DNA of 64,000 nt. It comes from Octopus bimaculoides (lineage: Eukaryota). The notes under the pieces are model-generated. The model did not search any database. It had not been told where the DNA came from and saw nothing but the letters and a program-made list of their open reading frames with translations. The position numbers and the translations under genes are program-made. The stretch spans positions 98,405,057 through 98,469,056 of the forward strand of contig NC_068987.1 of NCBI RefSeq assembly GCF_001194135.2. Direction: 5' to 3'. The stretch's first letter is position 1; the number at the start of each line of letters is the position of its first letter. Below are positions 37,966 to 50,877 of the stretch, one piece after another.

Positions 37966-38596
37966 GATACATATATTCGACAAAAGTCAGCGTACCAAAA
38001 TTTTAACAAAACTGCCCTCATACGTCTTCAAAATGACAACACGATAAAGTCGTATATAGGTGCTTACATTTATCAGGCATTACCTCTAAAATTTACAATC
38101 TATATATATATATATATATATAGATAGATAGATATAGATATAGATATATATATGTATGTATGTATGTATCTATATGGCTTCTTTACGAGCCATTTCTCTC
38201 CACGTGAACATGTTTTCAAGACTGTTCGCAAATTGTCATTTCAATGGAATATACCTGGTTATAGTGATGACTTTTATTAAAACACATAAGATAAGGTATA
38301 TATATCAATATTGTCGTATACGCCATAATAATAAACATACACAAGAATTCATCTACTACAATTGAAAACATAAACCAAGAATGTGAAATTTCTTAATATA
38401 ATGCACAAATTCATTTTTATTTCATTTCCTATTTTAGCAGACAGCACTACAATAGCTGACTGAAAGTTGATGGATATTCTTGCTTTAGTTTTTGCTTGTT
38501 TATTATATTTTCTAAAACGCATTATCTTATTCAACACTAGACTGGTTTATCGTATTTCTCACCAGGTGGTGTTAAATTATAAACCGTTTAACAATA

Positions 38597-39010
38597 GGCG
38601 CAGGAGTGGCTGTGTGGTAAGTACCTTGCCTACCAACCACATGTTTCCGTATTCAGTCCCACTGCGTGGCACCTTGGGCAAGTGCCTTCTACTATAGCCT
38701 CGGGCCGACCAAAGCCTTGTGAGAGGACTTGATAGACGGAAACTGAAAGAAGCCCGTCGTATATATGTATATATTTGTATGTGTGTGTTTATGTTGGTGT
38801 GTCTGTGTTTGTCCCCCCGACATCGCTTGACAACCGATGGTGGTGTGTTTACGCACCCGTAACTTAGAGGTTCGGCAAAAGAGACCGATAGAATAAGTAC
38901 TAGGCTAACAAAGAATAAGTCCTGGGGTCGATTTGCTCGACTAAAGGCGGTGCTCCAGCATGGCTGCAATCAAATGACTGAAACAAGTAAAAGAGTAAAA
39001 GAGTAAAAGA
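38597..39010 (+). mobile_element. SINE family 1, full length
   Basis: As above, with an (AGTAAAAG)3 tail. Confidence 0.92.
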
Positions 39011-39076
39011 ATGTAAATAAAACTTATTCCAACCTTACAGACAAAAATCGGTATAATATTACACCGGGTTTCGTAA

Positions 39077-39110
39077 TAGAAGCCCGTCGTCTCTCTCTCT
39101 CTCTCTCTCT

Positions 39111-39141
<31 letters not shown>

Positions 39142-39410
39142 TATATATATATATATATATGCACACATACATATATGTGTGTGTGTGTATGTGTGTGTGT
39201 GTCATCCCACCATCACTTTGACAACCGATGTCGGTGTGTCTACGTCCCCATAACTTAGCGGTTTGGCCAAAGAGACCGATAGAATAAGCACCAGGCTTAC
39301 AAAGAATAAGATTTGGGGTCAAATACTTCAACTAAAAAACAATAATTTAAGGCGGTGCTCCAGCATGGCCGCTCTTAAATGATTGGAAAAAGTAAACGAA
39401 TAAAAGAATA
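39077..39410 (+). mobile_element. SINE family 1, 5'-truncated copy
   Basis: Starts at AGAAGCCCGTCG and carries the 3' half. Confidence 0.8.
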
Positions 39411-41449
39411 TATTTATATGTGCGTGTGTGTGTGAGTGTGTGTGTATGTGTGTGTATGTATTTGTGTATTTATGTGTGTATATATCGATCCACTTATATC
39501 CGTGTTTGTGTGTGTTTGTATGCATGACAGTACGTACAAATATATGCGTATAGTGCACCACAACCGGATTTTATGCTTGATGATGTAACACAAACAAGCC
39601 CATTTTACAGTCATGTTTATGATTATAACTTCAAATATAGATTCATATGACAGCTGCTCTAAATATACTGGGTCCTCAAATAATGGTACCTCTCACTGCA
39701 ATTGCCTCCACTGTACAACTAAATGGACCTGGTAGTTATTCAACACGAGCTTCAAGGATATGTACAATATTTATAGCACATCAGTCCTTGTCGATATTCT
39801 ATGCTGATGATTTGTATAGTTACTTTGACGTTATGAATTGGTTTCCAGTTTCATGTGACTTAACCGACTAATTTCTTTTTCTTCTTATAAACTTTTCTTT
39901 CTTTTTATTCTCTGAATTCCTCTCACCCTTTTATATTTTTAATCTGCTTGTTTCACTCATTTAAGTATACACGTGTCATTCAGTGTTGCAAATCTTCTCC
40001 CAGGGGTGATTGCTAAAATCACAGCAGTCTTATATCTGTTAAACACCTTATGAGTGATGAGTGTATTCTCATGATGACCTTCCTTACAGCCTTTAAAACA
40101 TCACTATAAATACCCCAACGCCAGTACAAATAGCTCTCTAACGTGTCTATTTTAAGTGGATTGTCTTTTAAAAAAAGGCCATTAAAATAAAATGGAAAAC
40201 GTTAAAATTTTTATGATTTTTGTATCCTACTTACGTTTCATCTGTTGAATATCTCTTGCTTTTATTATATTTTCATTTGTTATAACGCTTAAATTTTCTT
40301 TTTATAGATAGCATATAGTTTTAAACTCTATATTCTTTTTGTTTGTGAGAATATTTACATTTTTATCTTGTGGAACATCTATGGCTTTCTGTATTTATTT
40401 ATTTTTTACGTCTATAAAGCAATTTTTATACGGAATAAAATTTGAAAACTGGCAATAAAGTTTAAAATCTCTGGCAATGTTTATCGAGAATAAACTTTGA
40501 AATCCATTTATGTTTTCATGTGTAAAAGATAACATATATGATTTCTTTTATTCATCGGAAATATATGTGTCTTTTATTCAGCCAGAAAAACAATATTTAA
40601 TGCTGTAAACAATCTCATTTCATCGGCAAAACGAGGAATCTACTTCATCAATATACTATATAAGACTTCTTTTAAGATATATAGCTAGCTGATGGAGAAA
40701 TATCTCTACGATAATCTGAAAAGAAAATGTAACAGTTTCATTGTCTCCACTTTTATTATTGATTACTAACCGTTGTCAGAGGTCATCACGAATTTATGAG
40801 GGAGGAACTATTTGATAAAATATGCACAATATATATCTGGTATTTATTTTAATCGACCCTGAAGAGAAAGAAAGATACAGACAACGTAAGCTGTATTATA
40901 ACGCAGAAGACGACGGGATATAAATAAATGTTGATCTCTAAGATAGGCTCAATAGTCACATATATTTGTGGTAGGGAACAATCGATTAAATCGATCTCAG
41001 TCAGTTCATATCACCTTCATTGTTTACCCCGGAATGAAAAAAAAAAAGGGCAAAGTTGATCTCGACTGGACTTGAAGTCACAACGTGAAGGGATTTAAGT
41101 ATGTGCACTCCAACATTTCTCACAATTATTCCTCTTCGTATATAAATGTATTCCTACACTGACAGATTTGTACATAACTACGTTTACATGTACTTATATA
41201 TATATATATATATATAAACACACTTACATATGCACATATATACATACAAGCACGCACACATACACACACACACACACACACATACACACACACAAAACAC
41301 ACAAGCACCTATATGTGTGTATGCGTGTATTTCGTGTGAAAATTTATGTTCTATACTTTTATATGTCATTCTTTATATAAAATTTATTTACTTGAATTAT
41401 TAACTAATGTCCACCTCATGGACGGGAAATATTAAGAGGAACAGAAAAT

Positions 41450-43650
41450 CTCATTTTATACTTTCACTGAATATTTAAATTACTTAATAGACATTAACGG
41501 CAGATAACTGCCCTTTGCGGAATATAACTTGTTGAGACATTTGTGAATAATTAATTGATGAGAATACCAACAATGCATTATCATAAATCATTTTTTCCCT
41601 TTATTTTCTAACCTAAGGCCAAAAGCATAGGTCTTTTCTGATGTGGGTGGTACAATACGTAATGTTTTAAACAGCAAGCGTGTTACAAAGATGTTGAAGG
41701 TACAGGTTTGACAATTCATAGAACTACCAACAGAGTTACGTAACAATTTGTAAAGGACTGCATTAATAAATGTGCTGTTTGAATAAATCTTTTGTAGGAA
41801 CTGTATATATACATGTTCGTTTTCAAGAACTCAGCTGCATAATGCATGTGTTATAGAAAATAGTGCGATGCATAATGGTCTGAATGAAAGGTCATTGATT
41901 GCCTCACGTAGTTCCAACGGATAATGCTTTCCTTAAACAGAGAGGAAATTAACATACGTGTGGTAATCCAGTGAAAGAGAGATTACGTATACGTCAACAG
42001 AATTTCTGTATACACAACATTCTCTGCAAAAATCCATTTTCATTCTTTGTTTTTGCCATGATGCCAAGTCCACTTGAATTTTATTCTCCGAACATAGTTA
42101 CATAACGTTGGCCAAGACGAAAACATTTATTGTTCTGCATGTGAACACAGGCGTTCCAAAGTATTTGACGATGTGCTCTGTATATTGTATGACCAAAGGA
42201 TAGTTGCACCTGATGTTAACCGCTTTGGATTTGGAATAGCAGTGTATAATCAACTGGATGCTTATGTATTCATGGGATAAATAAGTTTTTCGGTTATGGG
42301 TCATAGAACCAATAACTGCAAAGCCTTTTGTGCTGTTAAATTATTCTTCACTGAATACATCCAAAAGTATCACATCAGTGTGCTGATGCAGTTTCATTGC
42401 TACCTCATTCATCTTTTTAAAACTTTCTTCAAATTGACCATCGTGATTTGAAGACGATATGCGGAAAAGATAAAATTCGTTTTACATATTGTATTCGACT
42501 CTCAGAAATTGAACTTGATGTGGCTGCAAAATTAAGGGTGCGATATCTTCGAGAATGCATATAATAATTCCATCAAAGATTTTGTTCCTGTCAGTACAGA
42601 ATGAAGCGTACTGTGAAATTATGTAGCCCCAAATCAATGTCTGCCGTTAAATGCGTTTCTCTATGTGTCTTCTATACAAAATGATTGCATGTGGCAAGGT
42701 TTATTAAACATGGAATTTTGTCTCTCTTATGTTATGTTGCAAGGGAAATTGTTGTTCAGTTTTTGAACTTCTGTGATATTTAGGTTGAAGTCAATATACA
42801 TCTACATGAACATCGCTCCAATACCATTGCTGAAAAATATCGCTCGGTTCGTTACTTGTTGTGGCTATGAGTATAGGTGCACATGTCCTTGCATCTGTAC
42901 CAGCTGCAGCCACGTCAACTACTTTGCTGTGCCATGTACAGGCAAGTTCGCTTCCTGAATATCCACACCTGAATATCGCCTTTTAATGGAAATACCAGTG
43001 GGTGATAAGTCCCGTACAGGCTAGTGTTTGCTGTTTTGTCGTTCGGAATTTCTTTATTTGATGAAGATTTTCATGAGTAATCACATTTCTACAATTACAT
43101 TTCTTTATTCACGTTGATTTGTGAAGATTAGCCGATATAATAGGACTCTGATAGAGCTGGGAAACTCAAAGCGTCAATCCTTCCCGTTACCTTTACTTTA
43201 TATCAACAGGTATCTTTTAGATAGTGTCAATAACTAATTTTGACTCTGTCCGTTTTTCTGGAGCTTTTGATTTATTTATTGTCTTTGGTTTCGATCATAT
43301 CTCTATCTTCAGAGCATATCATCTTTTTGTCTTTGCTAACAACATTAATTTTAAATTCTTTATTTCTTCACCTCAGTAATTGCATCCAGTTGTGGCGTTC
43401 AGGTGAGTTATCTCGATATTTTCTTGGCAACTTTCCCGCTTATGAAGCTAATTTGACTTTTCCTGCCCTCCGAGGAACCTTCATTATTGGTTTCTTTGTC
43501 CTCACTATCAACGTTTTCGAATTTATTATGCTGTCTAAACATATATATGACGTGACATATCTCGTAATATCGAATAAATTTGACTTTGTTTCCTCTCTGT
43601 ACCTGAATTTTATTCCACTTGCCAATTTCGTCCCACTGTGAAATGTTCAT
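41450..43650 (-). pseudogene. Probable decayed, intronless multi-Tudor-domain (TDRD-like) coding sequence
   Basis: Pieces across several frames with many stops and frameshifts: CLYMAQQSS*RGCSWYRCK..IFFS..(FPLQ) at about 42940-42700; VQFLRVEY..EFYLFRISS..QFEESFKKMNEVA..LDVFSEE at about 42510-42350; IQV/GLGIMAKQ..FCRE..VDVYVISLSLDY..YPLELREAINDLSF at about 42090-41870. These resemble extended-Tudor patterns (FY.Q..LE.L..LN; A.FS.D..WYR; V..IDYG; LP.QA). No homology search was run. Confidence 0.5.
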
Positions 43651-44811
43651 TTTGTTTTCCGATTAGCTTTGCTAGTATCCATCGATAAAGGAAGAAAAGT
43701 AAGGAGGAGTACGAAGAGGAGGAGGAGGGGATGAGAGAGAGCGAGAGAGAGGCAGAGAGTACATAGAGAGGCATAATGATTACTTAAGATCACATTTTTT
43801 TTAACAGAAGAGTAACAGACATTTTGTTCTTATTAAGGACACAGGCTGCAGTCTTAGAGCGCCATATCAAAACTTATAAAGGAAACGATTCCCTTTTAGT
43901 ATAATGTACATTACTACGGAAGAGAAAAAGATACGACAAAAGAATCGAAGCTAACAACCGGATAAGTGGAAAGAAACAGACAGCGAAGAAGGAAAGTACG
44001 TTTACATATATTTAAATCAATTTAGTGCTGTAGCTAAAGAAATAGATAAATAACTGTAAAATAAGCGAAGAAAAATTATGTAAAAAGTATAAAATGAAAG
44101 CTTAGTGACGATTCCTACAACGACAAAAAACGAGAACGAAATGAATTTGAGAATAAATAAACAGGAAACAAAAATTGACTACAANNNNNNNNNNNNNNNN
44201 NNNNNNNNNNNNNNNNNNNNNNNNNNNNNNNNNNNNNNNNNNNNNNNNNNNNNNNNNNNNNNNNNNNNNNNNNNNNNNNNNNNNNNNNNNNNNNNNNNNN
44301 NNNNNNNNNNNNNNNNNNNNNNNNNNNNNNNNNNNNNNNNNNNNNNNNNNNNNNNNNNNNNNNNNNNNNNNNNNNNNNNNNNNNNNNNNNNNNNNNNNNN
44401 NNNNNNNNNNNNNNNNNNNNNNNNNNNNNNNNNNNNNNNNNNNNNNNNNNNNNNNNNNNNNNNNNNNNNNNNNNNNNNNNNNNNNNNNNNNNNNNNNNNN
44501 NNNNNNNNNNNNNNNNNNNNNNNNNNNNNNNNNNNNNNNNNNNNNNNNNNNNNNNNNNNNNNNNNNNNNNNNNNNNNNNNNNNNNNNNNNNNNNNNNNNN
44601 NNNNNNNNNNNNNNNNNNNNNNNNNNNNNNNNNNNNNNNNNNNNNNNNNNNNNNNNNNNNNNNNNNNNNNNNNNNNNNNNNNNNNNNNNNNNNNNNNNNN
44701 NNNNNNNNNNNNNNNNNNNNNNNNNNNNNNNNNNNNNNNNNNNNNNNNNNNNNNNNNNNNNNNNNNNNNNNNNNNNNNNNNNNNNNNNNNNNNNNNNNNN
44801 NNNNNNNNNNN

Positions 44812-44844
<33 letters not shown>

Positions 44845-44918
44845 ATATATCATGTTGGTGCTCCAGCATGACCACACCTGCATGACTGAAACAAGTAAAA
44901 GAAAAATTGAATAATAGA

Positions 44919-44952
<34 letters not shown>

Positions 44953-46799
44953 ATGTATATATACATAGCAGAAGACGCTTGCCGAAGGTGCCCGTAGCTG
45001 AATCGTGCCTGCAACCATATAATTGTGAAGCAAACTTCTTGCCAATCAGCTGCACTTGCACCATGCATGGAATCAAGCACTCTGGAGGCTTATGTAATTT
45101 ATGAACTGAAATTATTTTTAAATGCATATACTTTATAGGTCTTAATCAGTAAGCATTTGATATATTATCTGTACATTATTTATGCAGTGAATAATATAAA
45201 ATTGTTAATTTGCATTACTGTGTACGCGTCAAATAATCTGTAAACATATTTGCTCTCATGTATACTCATGCGAGATGTCTTGTGCAAATTTCTGCGATGT
45301 GATACATAAACATAACGTGAGGTCATAGCTAAGATGATTTATGCTCATGGTGAGAATCTTACCTAAAAATTTGTGATCTCAAATGTGATCACTTGTGCAA
45401 ATACGAGTGACATTATGTACAAACATATGTGAAACCAGGCATAAGCATATGCTAGTTGAATTGTTAACAGGTATGAAGTAATGTGCAAATGTGTGCAAGA
45501 TTATGTAAATAAATGTCAGATTATCTCTAAATGTGTGTGAAATTATAAGTAAACATATATGCTAGTATGTTAACATATTTGTAACCAAATGTAAAATACA
45601 TGTTCATCTATGTTCATCTGTTCAATGGCTATGTTATTATGTAACTGCTCACAGGTTTACAGGTGATCTCGGATTTTTACAAAACGTATTTTCATGGCGT
45701 TCAAATATTCACGCTAAAATAGATTCATATCTACATATTTTTTTATCATCGTATATTCTCGTATATTTCTGTTTAACCGTAATTATAGTTTGTAAGACAA
45801 AATCTGTCGTATCGTACAGATACGATGGCGGTTCTAAGCACATGTTTTCTACTTGCTAGTTCACTTGAAAATTTAGAAAAAACAAAAATCGAAGTCAATT
45901 TAATCTAATGTTTGGAATCGAAAATCTTCAACATTTTATTCTATCAAAAGTTTAAAAATTACTATACAGTAAGTCGTTACAAAATCATGACGTTGAGAAT
46001 TCCATGGTTTCACAAAATTAACTGAATGAATTAAATTTTATTCTGCATATTTCCGACAAGGACTTTTATTTGTAACTTTGAAAGTCTACTCCATTCTGGT
46101 GTAATGAAAACAAGGTCAGTATTTCTTAAAATATTTCCTAAAGTATTTCGCCTCAGGACTTCAAATCAGTTACGGCATTATGCTCAAATCAGTTATGGTA
46201 TTATGTGGAATTACGTCCTCAGACAAAATTACATTGAACAGAACAAGAAATTGCTCAACAAAATAAAAACTAATTGTAGATGGTTCATTAACGAAAACAC
46301 TCACACACACATAAAAAATAATAAAAAATAAAAATAAAATACTGAAATTAAAAATATAACATTTCGGTAAAAATAAACAACGTAGTACAGACATATTTCT
46401 CACCATCAACAACAGTGCACATATACGTTACTTGGTAAAACTAAGTTCCAGTGTTTGCAAACGTACTTTCAATCTATAAAACCCGAGTTACAAACATTTT
46501 GCTGAATGGTTTGAAACCTGTACGCAATTCACTCACAAAACAGGCGCCAGCCTGCCACAATTTCTCTTAGAGCTTAAAAGGGAGTGGATAACGTTTTCTG
46601 TGCCTTGTGCGTGTCACAGAGTCTTCTCTAGATTCCCTAAAAGGAGTTTTAAGGAATGCCTGGCACATTGGAGGAATCGGTGTAAAGTGCCATATGATAC
46701 ATCAGTGATGATGTATGAAACTATATATGTCATCTTCAAAACAAAGGAGGTGTCTTGCAAACAACTTGCACATGCAAGTGCTACCAGTCAAGAATTCCG

Positions 46800-47220
46800 C
46801 ATACCGGAAGCCAGCAAGTGTATGGGGTCATCAGGAGAGAATGCGCGCTGTTTCGGGGCCTACCTCTCGACGGTATCAATGCGCACCGGCTCACTCACTG
46901 ATATGAGGCCCCGCTTGCTAGATCAACTGATTATTAAACAAAGCTCAATATTTCTCTAGCCATCGCTCATCGTCTCTTTTTAACCAAATCCAGTGGCTAG
47001 CCTTCTCCACTGTAGTTTGGATATCGGTAATGGTGGTATTTACCTTCCGATGAGTTAGGCCTAACGATAACAGCAGTCGTTTCATACTGTTTCCTACAAA
47101 TCCTCTACATCCGACTTCGATTGGAAAATGCTCCGCTTTCCAGCCTGCGTCTTCACATTTCTCGAGGAGGTTTTCATAACAGTCCATCAAGAGCGAATTG
47201 TACAAAGCATATCTTACCAT
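46800..47220 (-). mobile_element. HERO-type (restriction-like endonuclease) non-LTR retrotransposon 3' end with 3' UTR
   Basis: YENLLEKCEDAGWKAEHFPIEVGCRGFVGNS..EKASHWIWLKR matches the HERO C-terminus (PIEVGCRGF..EKASRWLWIKR). A structured GC-richer 3' UTR follows. Confidence 0.82.
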
Positions 47221-47356
47221 AAACTACTCCCACAGTATTTGCGAAGAAGGAGCATAAATGTCACCATCAAGGTCATCTGTGATGAAGCTGAATTCTGGCT
47301 TATGGTAATTTTTAAGGTATAACATGGGAAGGTAATCAATGCTGTTGTAACTTTCG

Positions 47357-47948
47357 GTGATATGTAATCGCATGGCTCACATGGACATACGAGTTCTCAT
47401 GGGTCGCATGGACCATAAGTGTTTTCAAGACGCAGAAAAATTGCGAAACACTATCAGAATTGTGTTCTGTAGAGGGTGCCGAGACAAGGGACTTAAAACT
47501 GATTCGCTAGAGCAAAACGCCTTGCTTCTGAATGCTATTGTAGCTACTACAGGTATTTCTGTTGTGAGGGTTTAAAAGAGCAGAAACTTTTAGCGGCTTC
47601 ACATCATCCTCATCGCAGGAGTTAAACAAGAGACTCAGTCCTCTTCCATCCAAAATCAGTTTGAGCAATGACAATGATACTCAAGAAGATCAACAACCGC
47701 AGGAAGTAAACAACGTGAATGGTAGCCCTCACAGACCTAACAATCTTTACACAACACGATGAAGAACAGTATCCGTAGGCTTTTACGAAAAAACGAAAAC
47801 ATTAAAGGAGCTGTTGGAAAAGTGGATAAAAATCAGGTACACATTATTCGAACAAGAATCCCTCTTCGTTGAGGAAGAATCAATATCCGATGAAAATGAA
47901 TTCACAATCTGTGACGAAGAACCATTCTCCTCTTTAATGAAGTACTGA
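47357..47948 (+). pseudogene. Possible decayed coding fragment of unknown family
   Basis: About 195 codons are readable with one -1 indel near 47573 and one TGA near 47760: ..LEQNALLLNAIVATTGISVVRV/KRAETFSGFTSSSSQELNKRLSPLPSKISLSNDNDTQEDQQPQE..EEESISDENEF.. Confidence 0.3.
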
Positions 47949-48257
47949 TCGGGGAGGAGATGGGATCACATCTGGAATACAAAATAAAATGGACAGAATA
48001 CTAATGAAAATTTCCGTTAGTTATTACTAGTGTTGCCATCCGCAGTGTATGTAGATGATAGAATCTCTGGAAAATTTACTCACTAAAATATATCAAGTTT
48101 CCAACATAGTTAATGTACAATGTTGTAAATTCTTTCGTGATATTCTCTTTATTTCCTCGACGTGTACGGTGAAGTTCATGCCCAGCTGAGGGGCCTTATA
48201 AAAACTAAGCACATACATAATTCTCCTCCGGGTTTACTAGGATATTCAAAACCATTC

Positions 48258-48450
48258 CTATCTGATTTTGGCACAATGTCAGCAGTTTTGAGAGGCGGGA
48301 CAAGTCTATTACATTGATCCCAGTACTTCACTGCTACTTATTTAATCGACCCCGAAAGGCTATAAAGCAGAGTCAACTCCGGCAGAATTTGAACGTATGA
48401 CCGGATTAAATGTAGTTAAGCATTTTCTCAAACGTGCTAACGATTTTGCA
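48258..48450 (-). mobile_element. SINE family 2 copy (degenerate)
   Basis: TTTTGGCACAATG..ATCGACCCCGAAAGG..AATTTGAAC..GTGCTAACGATT. Confidence 0.75.
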
Positions 48451-50296
48451 TGCTAATATATTGAACATTGTCAATTCTTCAACGCATAATTTTATATTTA
48501 ACCTTTGCAAGCTCTATATTTTAAACATCTTAGCCTCTAAATTAATTATTTTCATGCAAAATATGGTTACTGTAGATTTAACATTATTTATATGTAAACC
48601 TCTGGGTAAAAGGAGCAGCAACTATAACTTACAAATTATCGCGTATATATGACGGACGCAAATGTCTAAATGATGACATTGTAAAAATATTGCAGACACT
48701 TAAATCAACAAACAGTGTGGCTTAGAAGAACGCGGGGTGCTTAATGACTCTCAAAGTGAGATGCATAACAATAAATAAGCGATACAGGCATTCCGTCACA
48801 ACGTTGTAAGCTGAGAAATTATGGACTCTTATAACTTAATAATGTAAAACAATGCAAAAGGAATTCTCACATCCTCCTACTTATCAGCAAGCATACAAAA
48901 CCAATGATGTTTCGTTATGCATGGTAACGCACTAATTGAGAGGCAACCCTGGTGGGCTGATATGCTAGAAATAGCAACCAACAAAATCTTGCGAGTGACA
49001 TTAAAGTTATTTGGAAATGCAGTGTTAAGTACATGATACTAGAGGAAAGTAAACAAGATGTTTATGTGTATATATTAATATCTGTACGCACACATAGACT
49101 CACACCCAAACACACACACATAAGTAAAGACACAAACATGTATATATGTATGTGTGTTGGGGGGTGGAGAGTATGCGTTTGGATGAATGTGTATGTTTGT
49201 GCTTGCATATATATCGATATATATAAATATATATTTCTTAATATATTATGCAGTACATTTTATGTACACACACTGACACATACAACTCACCACCATATAT
49301 ATATACATTTATATATATATATATATATATATATNNNNNNNNNNNNNNNNNNNNNNNNNNNNNNNNNNNNNNNNNNNNNNNNNNNNNNNNNNNNNNNNNN
49401 NNNNNNNNNNNNNNNNNNNNNNNNNNNNNNNNNNNNNNNNNNNNNNNNNNNNNNNNNNNNNNNNNNNNNNNNNNNNNNNNNNNNNNNNNNNNNNNNNNNN
49501 NNNNNNNNNNNNNNNNNNNNNNNNNNNNNNNNNNNNNNNNNNNNNNNNNNNNNNNNNNNNNNNNNNNNNNNNNNNNNNNNNNNNNNNNNNNNNNNNNNNN
49601 NNNNNNNNNNNNNNNNNNNNNNNNNNNNNNNNNNNNNNNNNNNNNNNNNNNNNNNNNNNNNNNNNNNNNNNNNNNNNNNNNNNNNNNNNNNNNNNNNNNN
49701 NNNNNNNNNNNNNNNNNNNNNNNNNNNNNNNNNNNNNNNNNNNNNNNNNNNNNNNNNNNNNNNNNNNNNNNNNNNNNNNNNNNNNNNNNNNNNNNNNNNN
49801 NNNNNNNNNNNNNNNNNNNNNNNNNNNNNNNNNNNNNNNNNNNNNNNNNNNNNNNNNNNNNNNNNNNNNNNNNNNNNNNNNNNNNNNNNNNNNNNNNNNN
49901 NNNNNNNNNNTATATATGCATATGCATATGTCATTATCATCAGTGGCACACAACATAATCCTCGTTTTAATGCCCACTTTCCCTCTGCTATCAGGGAACT
50001 TCTTAAGGCAATTTTCCACGGACATATTTTCTTTTCTTTTCAGCAAATTTCATATGTTCCTGTCTAGATAATACTTCCCAGTGGTCAGACATCTTTTCGT
50101 ACAATACTGGAAATAAATTATACTACTTGTATCCGAATGATATTCATTTACAGTTTCACAACAACGTCAACACACACACACACACAACTCTTACATCAAT
50201 AAGTATATGTATTTGCATACATATAAATGTTATACAAACGTACATACATATGTACATGCGGGCATATATATATATGAACATATATGTGTGTTGCAA

Positions 50297-50877
50297 TTTT
50301 TTAGTCCTAAGAGGACGTTTGCTCTAGCTGGTTAAAGATATAATCTGCATTGGATATATTGCGAGCAGGGGACCCAACTCCTACCACCTAGCGACGGTGG
50401 TAACGTCCGTTCGAAAGGAACAGCCATGTTGAAGTGGCGACAAATATTACTTGCCAGTACAGTTTCTGCGTTCATCTCTTACAGAGATTTTAGAATTAGC
50501 TTATTTGCTTGTTGCAAGATCAGCGACTGAAACTCGCTTGAAGTTACATTTATTGTGAACAGAAGCGAGCTACTGCCAATTCTAGGAGACGAGGTGTCCA
50601 GAACAGAGGAAGAGTAGGAATAGCCCGAAACCAGGCTGGTCTCCTGATCCCGTCTTTAGGTCGTATGGGTTCGCTCCCCTGCTCGCAATATATCGGATGC
50701 AATTTGCCACGTTATCCAGCTAGAGGAAATGTCCTCTTGGGGTTAAAAAAAAGTCGCAGGAACGTCCGTTCTTACGGAACAGCCATGTCACAGTGGCAAC
50801 AATCATTACATGCTTGAATAACTACTTCTTTCATCACTTACGAATATATTAGAACTAGCTTCTTTGCGTGTTATAAG
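50297..50877. repeat. Composite inverted plus direct repeat (A-B-x-rcA-B) containing a decayed hammerhead-like motif
   Basis: A (50297-50397) is inverted at 50650-50752. B (50402-50518) is repeated directly at 50761-50877. Hammerhead-like motif at 50599-50646. Confidence 0.8.

Noticed and set aside
45200-45650. Recurrent TGTGCAAAT-like motifs suggesting a tandem array or CRISPR-like repeat
   Set aside because: Irregular spacing and low identity fit a decayed TG/TA-rich simple repeat. There are no cas genes and the context is eukaryotic.
46824-46915. GAAA...CTGATGA in the HERO 3' UTR as a permuted (type II) hammerhead
   Set aside because: Stem II cannot form: CCCC lies on both sides of the core, and no CUGANGA precedes the GGGGCCT/AGGCCCC stem.
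47368-47418. SHGSHGHTSSHGSHG peptide resembling bacterial His-Xaa-Ser repeat peptides
   Set aside because: Bounded by stops with no start codon, no radical SAM or other bacterial genes nearby, and explained by a short 9-bp DNA repeat.
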